DNA of 64,000 nucleotides from a plasmid: sequence record NZ_CP018188.1; one strand, 5' to 3'. Shown piece by piece: positions 52,777 to 63,231 of this stretch (position 1 is its first letter; each line of letters starts with the position of its first letter). The notes under the pieces were generated by a model. It saw only the letters and a program-made list of their open reading frames with translations, ran no database searches and was not told where the DNA came from. The position numbers and the translations under genes were made by a program.

Positions 52777-53382
52777 TCAGAAGTCCATAAAATACCCTAA
52801 TTGCTCAGCTTTGTAGATAGCCTCTTGCTTATTATTTACTAGAAGTTTTGAATAGATATGATTCAAATGATTAAATACTGTTCTCCTACTAATTTGTAAC
52901 GTTTCCTCTATATCTTTAACAGAGAGACCTTTCTTACTCAAATTTAAGATTACTATTTCTCGGTCAGTTAAAGCTTCAACATAATCCTGAGATTCAATTT
53001 GTTCAAAATACTTTTTCCCAGAATCCACTTTTTTTAAGATAGAGATGAGTTGTTTAGGGTCTATATTTTTATCTACAAAACCGTATGCCCCTATTGTTTT
53101 TGCTCTCTCTTCATAGATTGACTTAACATATCCTGTCAGCATAACAACTTTCAAGTTAGGAGTAGACTGTATGAGTTCCTCCGCTATCTCCAATCCATTC
53201 TCTTTAGAAATATTTGTTAAATTAATATCAAGTAAAATAATATCGTATTTAGATAAATCAATCGTCACATCGTTAAAATTAGAAGTAATTGTATCTATAA
53301 CATCTACCTCATCATACTGTTGGCATAACAGTTGGATACTCTTTGCAAATAGTTTATGGTCATCAATTAATAAAATCTTCAT
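52777..53382 (-). CDS. salR: lantibiotic-locus response regulator SalR (LuxR/NarL family)
   Basis: Receiver domain (LLIDDH.. D at ~52) plus C-terminal LuxR-type HTH (EALTDREIVILNLSKKGLSVKDIEETLQISRRTV). Last gene of the sal operon order. Confidence 0.8.
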   Translation of the reverse strand: MKILLIDDHKLFAKSIQLLCQQYDEVDVIDTITSNFNDVTIDLSKYDIILLDINLTNISKENGLEIAEELIQSTPNLKVVMLTGYVKSIYEERAKTIGAYGFVDKNIDPKQLISILKKVDSGKKYFEQIESQDYVEALTDREIVILNLSKKGLSVKDIEETLQISRRTVFNHLNHIYSKLLVNNKQEAIYKAEQLGYFMDF

Positions 53383-54925
53383 AGCATAATTTCCAATCTA
53401 TGGGAAGTAATATTCTGATATTGTATTGTTTATTATCTATTTGTAGCTCCATATCTCCATCAAAAGCTACTAGTGTTTCTTGAAATGATTTCAAACCTCT
53501 GCCATAATTTATAGATTGAACTTTTTCCACCACCTGATTGCTCTCCTCTATGATAATAATATCAGATTGAACCTTTAAAGATAAATGAATATCTTTACTG
53601 ACTCCATATTTTATAGCATTATTAATTAATTCTTTTATAAACCTGTAAACAATATCTCCATATGGAGGTGGGATTATTGTACTACTCGAACAGTTGAAAT
53701 ACAACAACTTATTACTTTTCCTCCTTTTAACAATATCATCAAAAAGAGACTGTATGTTTTCTTTCATTGTTCGATTAGAAGGAACTATTGGGTGATAAGT
53801 ATCAATTTCATCCCTGATACCAGAAACTAGATCATTCAACCCATTAACAATAAAACCATGTGTTATATCACTATTTTCTAAAGAGAGTAAGTTTTTTATC
53901 GCTATGACATTTTGCAAGACATCATCATGCAAATAATTTGAGAACTCCACTCTCATGTTTTCCTCCGATTTCATAAAATAGTTCAGTCTTCTATTTTCAT
54001 AGTCAAAATTTTGCTTAAAGTTTTCTAAATAACAAAAGATACAAGAAATTACCACTAGACAAAAAAACGTGCTTGCATCAACAACTATAAAAAATAGTAA
54101 AAAATCTTTAACTAGTACCTTTATAAGTATTACCCAACAAATGATAAGAAGTAGAAATAAAAGTTCTATACGAGTTTTGTAATCACCTAACCATCTTCGA
54201 GTAACTAGACTAAATTTATCATGTATGACCTTAAAATAGTATATTGTACTCATTATAAGGGGAAACAGATACCACCCCAAATTATTAAAGGCTTGATTAA
54301 CATCTAGCATCTCTCCATAAAATTCACTACCAAGTATTGCTAGCAAAAGCAAAGAAAATAATATCAATGAACGTCTTACAACTGATATTTGTTGCCTAAA
54401 ATACCTATAATATAGCACTATAACCAATAATGGATAAAGGTGTAAAATAGTAAAAACAACTAAGAATAAGAAATTAAATAAAGTTCTATTAACTAAAAGG
54501 CTAATTATAGAAACAAAAATGAACATTAATAAGCCCTTGTCTAGCTTATCTTTAAACTGTTTCTGCCCATATAATATTAAATCAGTAATCTCAACGGTAT
54601 AACAATAGAGCAATATAATTTGCAGACCACTACTAAAAAAGAGAGGAGTTTCCCTTGATAGCACAGATACCAAGTATTGCCAAATTGTTAAGAAAACGAT
54701 AGAAATAATTTTTTTAAAAATCCCATCTTGTTTTTGGCGTAATATTGCTGCCAGCCAAATAAAACCTGTATCAATAAGAGTCATTACAAGAGCTACTTTT
54801 TCAGAGAAAAGAAGAGACAAGTTTTCTCGATTATAGACCAAAATCAAAAAGGCTATTAATTGTTGTAACAAGATTATTGTGATCCCCAAAAATTTACTCT
54901 TTGCTTTTTTTTCTATTCTCATCAT
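53363..54925 (-). CDS. salK: lantibiotic-locus sensor histidine kinase SalK
   Basis: Multi-TM N-terminal half and C-terminal HATPase region. 20-nt overlap with salR. Confidence 0.75.
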   Translation of the reverse strand: MMRIEKKAKSKFLGITIILLQQLIAFLILVYNRENLSLLFSEKVALVMTLIDTGFIWLAAILRQKQDGIFKKIISIVFLTIWQYLVSVLSRETPLFFSSGLQIILLYCYTVEITDLILYGQKQFKDKLDKGLLMFIFVSIISLLVNRTLFNFLFLVVFTILHLYPLLVIVLYYRYFRQQISVVRRSLILFSLLLLAILGSEFYGEMLDVNQAFNNLGWYLFPLIMSTIYYFKVIHDKFSLVTRRWLGDYKTRIELLFLLLIICWVILIKVLVKDFLLFFIVVDASTFFCLVVISCIFCYLENFKQNFDYENRRLNYFMKSEENMRVEFSNYLHDDVLQNVIAIKNLLSLENSDITHGFIVNGLNDLVSGIRDEIDTYHPIVPSNRTMKENIQSLFDDIVKRRKSNKLLYFNCSSSTIIPPPYGDIVYRFIKELINNAIKYGVSKDIHLSLKVQSDIIIIEESNQVVEKVQSINYGRGLKSFQETLVAFDGDMELQIDNKQYNIRILLPIDWKLCYEDFIN

Positions 54926-54964
54926 ATTATTTACTAAATCGTTAAAGTTAAAAAGTTTTTAGAA

Positions 54965-56872
54965 TTAATTGTTTATTATTGATTTCACTGACCGCAATGT
55001 CAATAAATAAAATGTGCCATATATTATCAAAAAGAAAAACAGAAAAAGCAACAAAGATAGCATTATAACATTGCCTGCAACCAATGTATCCATAAATAAA
55101 TATTTATAGAAAATAAGCAACATACTACCATTTATTATCCCAATTAATACAGGAATAAGGAAAAGTATACCTATTTCATATCCGACAATCCGATTAATCA
55201 TTTTCTTACTATAACCTAACTTACTCAGATAGCTATATTCTTCTTTATTTTCCATGATTTCTATGAGGCTTGTAAAGTATAGAATACTACCTGTACAAAT
55301 AATAAAGAGTATGGATAGGAAGGTTATAAAGATATAAGTCGCAATATTAGCAGTCTTTACTGTGTGTTCCCTACTATAACTACTGATAACATCAGGAACC
55401 GTACTAAACTGATTGTAAAATGTTTCGCTTGACCTAATTGAATCTCCATTAAAAGTCCTAATTGTCATTTTTTTCTCTGGAAAACGAGAACTAAGCTCAG
55501 CATATAATTTATCAGAAACCACCAGAGTCGTGACACTTGTAGAAAAACTAAAAACATTATTCGTTGATACTTGTTTTACAGTAACATCGTATGCATTTTC
55601 CAAATTAAAGGTTTTCCCTAGGCTAATTTCTGTTGGAAAATAATTTATTAACAATGGTAGTGACTCACTACCTTCAATAGAATTTTTTCTTCCTTGAGCT
55701 TTCATTAACTCTTTATAATCACTGTAATTAATTATATCAAAATAAGGAATTGTTTGCCCAGATTCTGTGATAGTCACTTCTGGGTTAGTGTTCAATCTCA
55801 ATAGGTTAATATCAACTAAACTCACTTGCCCATTCTCTAAAATATTTGTAACATTGACTTGACCATTTTCTGATTCAACATTATATTCTATCGCAGATGG
55901 AGTCAATCTTTCTATTCCATTAAGAGAATAAGCATAAAGCATTACCATAATTCCAGTAACTGAAACGGTTAGTGTTAAAAGCCCCCCCAAGACTGTTAAT
56001 AATTTATTTTTTGTCGCAATACGATAGTTAAATTTAGGATAGATAATATTAGAGAGAGGACGATATAACCTTTTTTTCTTTTCTTTTAAGAAAGAAATTA
56101 CAAAAGTCAATCCATATCTGATTGTAAAAATTGAGCCTAAAATAACTAAGATAATTATCAAAAGAGAAATTGGTACCATCCCTACGCTTAATAGCATCTT
56201 TCGTGTGGATGAAAACACTGTCGTCAAACATAAAACATATGACAATAATAATGCGGTAATAGCAATAATAGCTCTGACTTTTCTTATCCTGATTTTTTTC
56301 TCAGCCTTTTTTGAGAAATTAACAAATTCAATCAATGACTGTTTAGCAATAATAACTCCATTTGTGATGAAATTAATCAGAAAAACTACGACTAATATTC
56401 CTAAAGACTCTATAATCTCTTTAACTGTAATAAACCACTGAACTTCCATTGTAAAATCCAATAGATGAGTAATTACCAGTACAGCTAAAAAATATAAAGT
56501 AGGTCCTAGCAATAAACTTACCAAGTAACTCAGAACTAGAATAACAAGATTTTCTAAAGTTAGTAATTTTGTTAATTCTCTTTTTGAAAACCCTAGTATT
56601 GCTAAGACTCCAAGGTCTTGACTGCGTTTTTTTACAAAGAAATTATTGAAGTAGATTAAGAATACCACCAAAAATACAATCAAAAATAACAATGAACCAT
56701 TAGCGATAACTAGAGCTTGACCACTATCCTCAATTTTTTCTGCGATGATTTTATCTGAAATAAAATTTAAAAAAGCTATAAAAATACTTAATAAACCGAT
56801 CGTAGCTAGAAAATAGATACGATATAACGGAAAATTCTTTTTAATGTTAGATTTTGTAATTGACCAAATCAT
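54965..56872 (-). CDS. salY: lantibiotic immunity ABC permease SalY (FtsX/MacB-like)
   Basis: 635-aa polytopic membrane protein with a large extracytoplasmic loop, adjacent to the ATPase gene. Confidence 0.75.
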   Translation of the reverse strand: MIWSITKSNIKKNFPLYRIYFLATIGLLSIFIAFLNFISDKIIAEKIEDSGQALVIANGSLLFLIVFLVVFLIYFNNFFVKKRSQDLGVLAILGFSKRELTKLLTLENLVILVLSYLVSLLLGPTLYFLAVLVITHLLDFTMEVQWFITVKEIIESLGILVVVFLINFITNGVIIAKQSLIEFVNFSKKAEKKIRIRKVRAIIAITALLLSYVLCLTTVFSSTRKMLLSVGMVPISLLIIILVILGSIFTIRYGLTFVISFLKEKKKRLYRPLSNIIYPKFNYRIATKNKLLTVLGGLLTLTVSVTGIMVMLYAYSLNGIERLTPSAIEYNVESENGQVNVTNILENGQVSLVDINLLRLNTNPEVTITESGQTIPYFDIINYSDYKELMKAQGRKNSIEGSESLPLLINYFPTEISLGKTFNLENAYDVTVKQVSTNNVFSFSTSVTTLVVSDKLYAELSSRFPEKKMTIRTFNGDSIRSSETFYNQFSTVPDVISSYSREHTVKTANIATYIFITFLSILFIICTGSILYFTSLIEIMENKEEYSYLSKLGYSKKMINRIVGYEIGILFLIPVLIGIINGSMLLIFYKYLFMDTLVAGNVIMLSLLLFLFFFLIIYGTFYLLTLRSVKSIINN

Positions 56873-56873
56873 A

Positions 56874-57611
56874 TTACTCTCCTCTATCGGATAAAGCTTG
56901 ACTAATTACATCGTAAAACGACTCTCCACAATCTTTTTTATCAATCTCCATGTGAAGTTTCCCATCTTTGAGGAGTATAACTCTGTCGGCATAAGAAGCT
57001 GATAAAACATCATGAGTAACCATTAGAATAGTTACCTTTTCCGTTTTATTGATTTCACTCAAAATCATCATTGTTTCCTCAGAAGATTTCAAGTCAAGTG
57101 CTCCTGTTGGTTCGTCAGCAAAAATAATTTCTGGGTCTTTAATGATTGCTCTGATAATACTGACCCTCTGTCTTTGACCTCCAGAAAGTTGATAAGGGTA
57201 TTTTTTCAACTGCTCATATAAATTAAATCTTTTTGCATAGCTATTTATCAAATCATCAATCTTTGAAGAATCAACATTTTTTAGAGACAAAGCAACAGAA
57301 ATATTCTCCCTAATGGTTAGACTGTCTAACAGCATATAATCTTGAAAAACAAAACCAATATCATTTTTTCTAAAATTAGTTGCCTCCTTATCAGAGAATG
57401 TGCTAATCTCTTTATCCGCACAATAAATATTCCCACTATCAATTTTATCAATAATTGAAGTAACATTTAAAAGCGTCGTTTTCCCACTACCGCTACGCCC
57501 CATGACAGCTACAAATTCTCCTTTTTCCACAATCAAATTGATATGGTCTAGAGCATAATTCAGTTGATTGGGATATTTTTTGCAAACATCTTTTAATACT
57601 AATTGTTTCAT
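56874..57611 (-). CDS. salX: lantibiotic immunity ABC ATPase SalX
   Basis: Walker A GRSGSGKTTLL, signature LSGGQRQRVSIIRAI, Walker B IIFADEPTGALD. Confidence 0.85.
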   Translation of the reverse strand: MKQLVLKDVCKKYPNQLNYALDHINLIVEKGEFVAVMGRSGSGKTTLLNVTSIIDKIDSGNIYCADKEISTFSDKEATNFRKNDIGFVFQDYMLLDSLTIRENISVALSLKNVDSSKIDDLINSYAKRFNLYEQLKKYPYQLSGGQRQRVSIIRAIIKDPEIIFADEPTGALDLKSSEETMMILSEINKTEKVTILMVTHDVLSASYADRVILLKDGKLHMEIDKKDCGESFYDVISQALSDRGE

Positions 57612-59776
57612 TTTACCTCTTCCTCCTGATATTTATTCATATACGAGTCATATAAGTCACAATAATACTTATTATTTTTGTACAAATAATAATGGTTTCC
57701 ATAGTCAATAATTTTGCCATTATCCATTATTAAAATCTTATCAGCTTTTTCAACTGTATTAAGTCTGTGAGTAACCAAAACCCTCGTACAATGTAAAGCC
57801 TCAACATTTTTTTGGATTATTCTTTCAGTTTTTACATCTAAAGCTGATGTAGGTTCGTCAAGAACTAAGATTCTAGGGGTGGTTACAAGTTCTCTTGCTA
57901 AAGAAATCCGTTGTTTTTGCCCCCCAGATATTGACGGATTATCTCGAAAAAGTAGAGTATGAAACTTCATTGGCATACTCCTGATATCATCATATATTGA
58001 TACTCTTTTACAAGTTTCAATAACCTGTTCTCCTGAAACAGATTCTCTCCCTAGCGAAATATTATACATCACATCCCCATCAAACATGGGAGAATCTTGA
58101 GATACAAAAGCCGATATATTCCTAAAATCTTTTTTATCAATTTTAGAGTAGGATATATTGTTGTATGTGATGTCTCCACTACTAGGGCTTACATAGCCTA
58201 ACAACATCTTAGCTAGAGTTGTCTTTCCACTTCCACTTTTCCCTATAATTGCAACAAATTCTCCTGAATGGACTTTTAGGTTTATTCCATTTAACACCTT
58301 TACCCCATTTAACTCATATTGATAGTTTATATTTTTTAAATTTATCTCTATATCTGTATCCTCTGATAACTTATAAGTACCATTCGTCTCATTATCAAGA
58401 GTTGATATCTCTAATACCCTTTCGTAATACTTAACACCATATAGAATCTCATCAATCGAATTCAAAATATTATTAATGGGATTAATAAAATTTAAAACCA
58501 TCATATAAAGAAGAATAAGCTCACCACTGCCACTATTTGGTGAATAATATAGAAACAACAGAATTAACAAAATAGGTATGGAAAAAGTTATCACATAATT
58601 TACTGCTCCTAAAAGATTGAAATATCTATTTCTATCATATGTTGAATTGATATAGTCCTTAAAACTTTTATCCCATTTTGACAAAAGTTCTTTTTCAGAA
58701 TTTTTAGCTTTAAAAAGAAATAGCCCGTCCATCAGTGAAAAGAATGTTTGTAAAGAGTTCTTTTGTCTTAAAACTTCTTTACCTAACTTTTCTTGTTTAA
58801 TGCTTAGTGACAGGAAAAAAATCATCATTTCTACAATAAAAACTATACCTAATATAATTCCCAAAGGTGTGGAAACATATGTGATATAACTAATACTCGC
58901 AAACATTAAGATAATATCCAACCAGATAGAAATAATTCTTTCTGATAGTAACTCCCTCACAATCATCAAACCATTATATCTATGAATGATGTCTGTTTTA
59001 TCTATTTTTCCAATATATTCTATGGGAAGTTTCAATAACTTAGTCACAAACTTTTCTGAAATAGTGCTGTGAAATTTATTTTGCAATTTCACTAAAGAGA
59101 TATTCTTTAGAAAATAAAATCCTCCCTGAAAAAAAATTATTATAGAAAGTAGGACGGCACTTTCTAAATAGCCAAACTTTTTAAGGAAAACCCAATTTCC
59201 ATCAATAATTCCCCTTATAAAAAATGGAATTGACACTGTGATAATCTGAAAAATCAGAGTATATAGAATGGTTAAAAAAATATCCTTCCTATTTACAAAT
59301 ATCATTTCCTTTACGTTTCTGCCAACCAACCCTCGTTTGACTATTTTTTTTGAAGAATTAGTCACCTTATCATAAAAAAATTCGGTATAAAATTTAGGAG
59401 ACAATTCAAAAAATTCATTCTTTGCTAAGACATATTTCCCAACAGCAGGGTCAACAATAGTAAAGACATCATTACGGATATCCTCTAAAATTACAAAATG
59501 TGAATCTGAAACAAATACCATGACAGGTAAGTTTTCGGGATATTTGGAAAAACGATAAGTCTTACATGTAACTCCGTAGATAGATGCAATATCTGATATA
59601 TTCTTTATACTCAGTCCATTTCTCCCTAAATTGACTTGTTGTTTCAATTTAAAATATGTTTCTGAAATATCAAAATAATCCAACATCATATATAAACAAC
59701 ATAATCCACATTCAGTTGGAGTTGTTTGTTCAATCGGTGTAATTTTTCTCACTTTCAACACTCCCTTTTGGAACAT
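57608..59776 (-). CDS. salT: bacteriocin-processing ABC transporter SalT (C39 peptidase-TMD-NBD)
   Basis: N-terminal C39 Cys motif QTTPTECGLCCL, six TM helices, C-terminal NBD (GKSGSGKTTL, ISGGQKQRISLAREL). This fits cleavage of the salA leader after its double-glycine (EVAGG) site. Confidence 0.9.
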   Translation of the reverse strand: MFQKGVLKVRKITPIEQTTPTECGLCCLYMMLDYFDISETYFKLKQQVNLGRNGLSIKNISDIASIYGVTCKTYRFSKYPENLPVMVFVSDSHFVILEDIRNDVFTIVDPAVGKYVLAKNEFFELSPKFYTEFFYDKVTNSSKKIVKRGLVGRNVKEMIFVNRKDIFLTILYTLIFQIITVSIPFFIRGIIDGNWVFLKKFGYLESAVLLSIIIFFQGGFYFLKNISLVKLQNKFHSTISEKFVTKLLKLPIEYIGKIDKTDIIHRYNGLMIVRELLSERIISIWLDIILMFASISYITYVSTPLGIILGIVFIVEMMIFFLSLSIKQEKLGKEVLRQKNSLQTFFSLMDGLFLFKAKNSEKELLSKWDKSFKDYINSTYDRNRYFNLLGAVNYVITFSIPILLILLFLYYSPNSGSGELILLYMMVLNFINPINNILNSIDEILYGVKYYERVLEISTLDNETNGTYKLSEDTDIEINLKNINYQYELNGVKVLNGINLKVHSGEFVAIIGKSGSGKTTLAKMLLGYVSPSSGDITYNNISYSKIDKKDFRNISAFVSQDSPMFDGDVMYNISLGRESVSGEQVIETCKRVSIYDDIRSMPMKFHTLLFRDNPSISGGQKQRISLARELVTTPRILVLDEPTSALDVKTERIIQKNVEALHCTRVLVTHRLNTVEKADKILIMDNGKIIDYGNHYYLYKNNKYYCDLYDSYMNKYQEEEVK

Positions 59777-62564
59777 CTAATAACAATAATGATGGTACTT
59801 CATAATTGGATATATATCTAAGCAACTGATATGCTATCCCTATTTCACCAACCATCATATTAAACACCCTTGTGTGTTGTGGCAAGCCAGATTCCCAACC
59901 AAATTTTTGAGAATTACGAACAATATTAAGCATGATACCTTCTATATCTACTTCATTCTTCAAGGAGTCATCTAAATTCATAAATAATTCCATATTACCC
60001 ATTTTCCCGTGACAAAGGCAATCCGAATTCAAATAACCATTATTTAATACCGTTTGTTTAGCCATTTCATAATTATTTTTCAACTCTTTATCGTTTAACC
60101 ATTTTGATTCTCTATATCTCGTTAATCCGATACCTGTTGCACCATGACACCAATAAATAGGATCTGGCATTCCTAACTCTGAACGTTTTCCTTTATTTCT
60201 AAAATCAATCCAATTTCCATCAGAAATACGGGTATTTTCAAAATCAATAGCTGACTTCGCTATTTTAAAATAATTTAAATTTTTATTGATTTCCCATGAT
60301 AAAAGTAATGCATAAGCAATTCCAGATTGTCCGTGAGATAATCCATTTAGAACTTCTGAATCTGAAAAATCCGATACCCAATAAACCTTATCATCTTCTT
60401 TTTTCACATTATCAATAATAAATTCAGATATCCTATTAATTAAATGATATAGTGTTTTATTTTGCTCTACGTTATATATGTTGCACAGAACAACTAATAA
60501 GCCCGATACTCCAGAAATATAATCTATATTTTGCTCCTCCAGTGACTGGCTGGAAAATTCTTTGATTATATCTAAATATAATTTCTGGTATTGAGTTAAT
60601 TTAAGTCTTTTCCACAAACTAAAGTATAGATAAATCAAACCTCCTTTTCCTAAAAAGACTGACATATCACTACTTTCTATAAGATTCTTTGTGGTTTCCA
60701 GTGTTTTCAATATCTTATTTAATGAGACTAGATATCGCTCTTCACCAAGAATTTGATAAGCATATAAATAACCTAAGGCATTCCCAATTAATCCATTATA
60801 CAAGGTAATGTTCTGAGGAGATATTACCCATTGTTCGGTCTCCGTAATATCAATATTGAGCCATGTCATCTCCTCCTCTGAAGAAAAACTATCCTTATTT
60901 GCATCAATAAATATCTGTCTAACGCTGTCTAAGATTTCCTCATTAAAACTTTGTTTTGAGGATATCGATGGAAAATAATAAGATTTCCCATCTTTCCTCT
61001 CCCAATGTTTAATCGGTTTTTTCAAGACTATTCCAATCAATTCACAAGTGAACTTCATTCTTTCATCATTCAGGGTGGCTATATTATCAAATAACGAGGT
61101 TGTCTTTCCTAGATTTCCAATTACTGTTCCTAAAGAATTATATACATTTCCATTGGGATCCATTGAAAAGTAAGGAATATCACCATTCATCAAGTCTTTA
61201 ATTTCACTATCAACAATAAATTGTTCAATATGTTTTGACTCATATAGTATCGAAAATAGATTCTCCCTCTTTTTTTCTGAGAAAAGATATTTTGGATTCG
61301 TAGAGGCTTGCAAAAATTTTCCATAGTCGGAAGTATTTCTGAATATGGCTCTAGTTCTCAATTTCGGGAAACCATATAAAATTTTTTTGACCTTTGCACG
61401 TTGCGTCATGAGAAATGTATAGCATTCTCTAAATCCTGCAATTACCTCATTAGCATAGTCGAGAGGTTCCACCATTTTCTCATTTAATGTTGGAATATTA
61501 TAGCTATCTTCCTGAAAATAGTCAGTTTTCACTAACTTCATATCCCCACGATTTTTATTTATCAGTTCATACTTCCCCTTTTTTCTTTTTCCACCTTTTC
61601 CACTTATTCCAGAAATGTTAGGAGCGCTGTTTTTCTCAAATTGTACAGGAAATAAACCATTTGAAAGTGATGTCTCATAAATTCTCTGATAAGTATCAAC
61701 AGTAATCCCTTCAAAATTATTAGTTTGTACATTCAACTTTCTTTGAAAAAATGTTTCAACATCAATTAAATATAAATCTCCGCCTGAAACAATCACATTT
61801 TCCATATGTAAGTCCGTAATGGAAAAAATTTCAGAAAATGCTGCTAAAACACCATACTTAAGGTATATTCTCTTTACTTCATCATTATTAGAATTTATAT
61901 AATCCACACCGAGTTGCCAACAATAATCCGCTTTAATTAAGCTTTCAGGAAGACTGAACGAGGGTATATTATTAGATTTCAATAAACTAATAAGTTCTAA
62001 CAAAATGTTGTATGAATCATAACTCTTAGGCTTGTAGTAAATGGATTTCCCTTTAAATTCAATCTTAACAACTGTTTGTTTTTGAGAATGACTATCTCCA
62101 AGTGAAAACTCAACATTACTTAGGGGTGCAGTAATATTAAAACACGACCTTAACTCAGACAAGTCTTTTAAAAATCTATCAAATAGTAAAGAATATGATT
62201 CTTCTATTAATCTGACTTCTCTATTGATTTGTTTTAACAAATACGGATACCTATCAAAAAAATTATTTATTCCATTTTCTTCCTTTATTTGCTGTATATA
62301 TTGCTCATATGCCTCTGACTTATTTCCAATTTCCTTGGAAAAATTATTTATATCTAAAACTAGTGTTTTCATTGAAAGGAACATTACGGTTTCAAATAAT
62401 TGATTTTCAAACTCAATATAAAATAACTTATCTGTCGTTTTCCTCAATAAATAAATATTTTCACTAATAGAAGCATCTAGTATGTCGTAATTAAAAATTG
62501 AGTTAAAGTATTCGTAAAACTGATGTTGCTGATATTCTAACTTTAATTCATTTCTTTTTATCAT
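59730..62564 (-). CDS. salM: class II lanthipeptide synthetase SalM (LanM)
   Basis: N-terminal dehydratase region and C-terminal LanC-like cyclase with zinc-ligand motifs WCHGATGIG and CLCHGKMGNMELF. The ORF-track start at 62603 is a TTG inside the salA-salM hairpin. ATG at 62564 (MIKRNELK, preceded by AGGGA) or 62579 is more likely. Confidence 0.9.
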   Translation of the reverse strand: MIKRNELKLEYQQHQFYEYFNSIFNYDILDASISENIYLLRKTTDKLFYIEFENQLFETVMFLSMKTLVLDINNFSKEIGNKSEAYEQYIQQIKEENGINNFFDRYPYLLKQINREVRLIEESYSLLFDRFLKDLSELRSCFNITAPLSNVEFSLGDSHSQKQTVVKIEFKGKSIYYKPKSYDSYNILLELISLLKSNNIPSFSLPESLIKADYCWQLGVDYINSNNDEVKRIYLKYGVLAAFSEIFSITDLHMENVIVSGGDLYLIDVETFFQRKLNVQTNNFEGITVDTYQRIYETSLSNGLFPVQFEKNSAPNISGISGKGGKRKKGKYELINKNRGDMKLVKTDYFQEDSYNIPTLNEKMVEPLDYANEVIAGFRECYTFLMTQRAKVKKILYGFPKLRTRAIFRNTSDYGKFLQASTNPKYLFSEKKRENLFSILYESKHIEQFIVDSEIKDLMNGDIPYFSMDPNGNVYNSLGTVIGNLGKTTSLFDNIATLNDERMKFTCELIGIVLKKPIKHWERKDGKSYYFPSISSKQSFNEEILDSVRQIFIDANKDSFSSEEEMTWLNIDITETEQWVISPQNITLYNGLIGNALGYLYAYQILGEERYLVSLNKILKTLETTKNLIESSDMSVFLGKGGLIYLYFSLWKRLKLTQYQKLYLDIIKEFSSQSLEEQNIDYISGVSGLLVVLCNIYNVEQNKTLYHLINRISEFIIDNVKKEDDKVYWVSDFSDSEVLNGLSHGQSGIAYALLLSWEINKNLNYFKIAKSAIDFENTRISDGNWIDFRNKGKRSELGMPDPIYWCHGATGIGLTRYRESKWLNDKELKNNYEMAKQTVLNNGYLNSDCLCHGKMGNMELFMNLDDSLKNEVDIEGIMLNIVRNSQKFGWESGLPQHTRVFNMMVGEIGIAYQLLRYISNYEVPSLLLLDVPKGSVESEKNYTD

Positions 62565-62583
62565 ATTTATCCCTACCATTGCT

Positions 62584-62622
62584 AAAAAATCCTGCCTAGA
62601 CAAAGTCTAAACAGGATTTTTT
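62584..62622 (-). terminator. intrinsic terminator/attenuator between salA and salM
   Basis: Minus strand AAAAAATCCTG-17 nt loop-CAGGATTTTTT, 26 nt after the salA stop and just upstream of the salM start. Confidence 0.65.
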
Positions 62623-62647
62623 AGTCTGCTTATCCAGATTGTTTTAA

Positions 62648-62794
62648 TTAACAACAAACGAATATCGAGTTCGGACAGTCATCAGTAATAGTTGCAATCC
62701 AACCTGGACCTCTTTTACCACCAGCTACTTCCATGAGTTCTTTTTCAGAAACTTCTTCGATAGCATTGTTCAAAATATCTTTTGAGTTTTTCAT
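62648..62794 (-). CDS. salA: salivaricin A-family lantibiotic precursor (48 aa)
   Basis: Minus-strand translation MKNSKDILNNAIEEVSEKELMEVAGG|KRGPGWIATITDDCPNSIFVCC. Leader with double-glycine cleavage site plus 22-aa propeptide. Matches salivaricin A as recalled, with two differences (Pro at position 4, Ile at position 18). GGAGA RBS 9 nt upstream. Confidence 0.9.
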   Translation of the reverse strand: MKNSKDILNNAIEEVSEKELMEVAGGKRGPGWIATITDDCPNSIFVCC

Positions 62795-63118
62795 GGCATT
62801 CATTCTCCCTTCTGTTAGTATGTAGTAAATTTTTTCTACGCTCTTATTGTAACCAATACATCTTTATTTTTAGTGAGTAAAAAGTGCAAATATTGTTTTT
62901 TTATTAATATTTTTAAAATGTAAAATATCGCTTTATAAAAAGCAGTCTCTCAAATTTCATTTTTTGTAGCTATTTTACAATCCAATGCCTTCTTATTATA
63001 AAATTAATCCCTTAAATTCAGACTAGGTGACTTAACAAAGAGAAACACTCAAAATAGTGTTTGTCTACTGTCTAAATTTTCTAGCTCTTATTCTTGTTTC
63101 TTGCCGAGAGGTTTGAGT

Positions 63119-63196
63119 ATGAAAAAACAATTTAACTTATACATACTTCTTTTTGAGGTAATTATTATAATATTTTCATCACTACCTTTTTTATAA
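63119..63196 (+). CDS. candidate 25-aa hydrophobic micropeptide
   Basis: GAGAGG 8 nt upstream of ATG. Translation is MKKQFNLYILLFEVIIIIFSSLPFL. Followed 10 nt later by a perfect hairpin terminator. Confidence 0.25.
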   Translation: MKKQFNLYILLFEVIIIIFSSLPFL

Positions 63197-63205
63197 ACTT
63201 TATTC

Positions 63206-63231
63206 AAAAGGAGTCATTCTGACTCCTTTTG
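63206..63231. terminator. bidirectional hairpin terminator
   Basis: aaaggagtca-ttc-tgactccttt perfect 10-bp stem flanked by A/T runs. Terminates both the micropeptide ORF (+) and the acidic-protein gene (-). Confidence 0.55.

Noticed and set aside
59730-62603. ORF-track start of salM at 62603
   Set aside because: The start codon is a TTG inside the salA-salM terminator hairpin loop. In-frame ATGs at 62579/62564 directly after the hairpin are more plausible.
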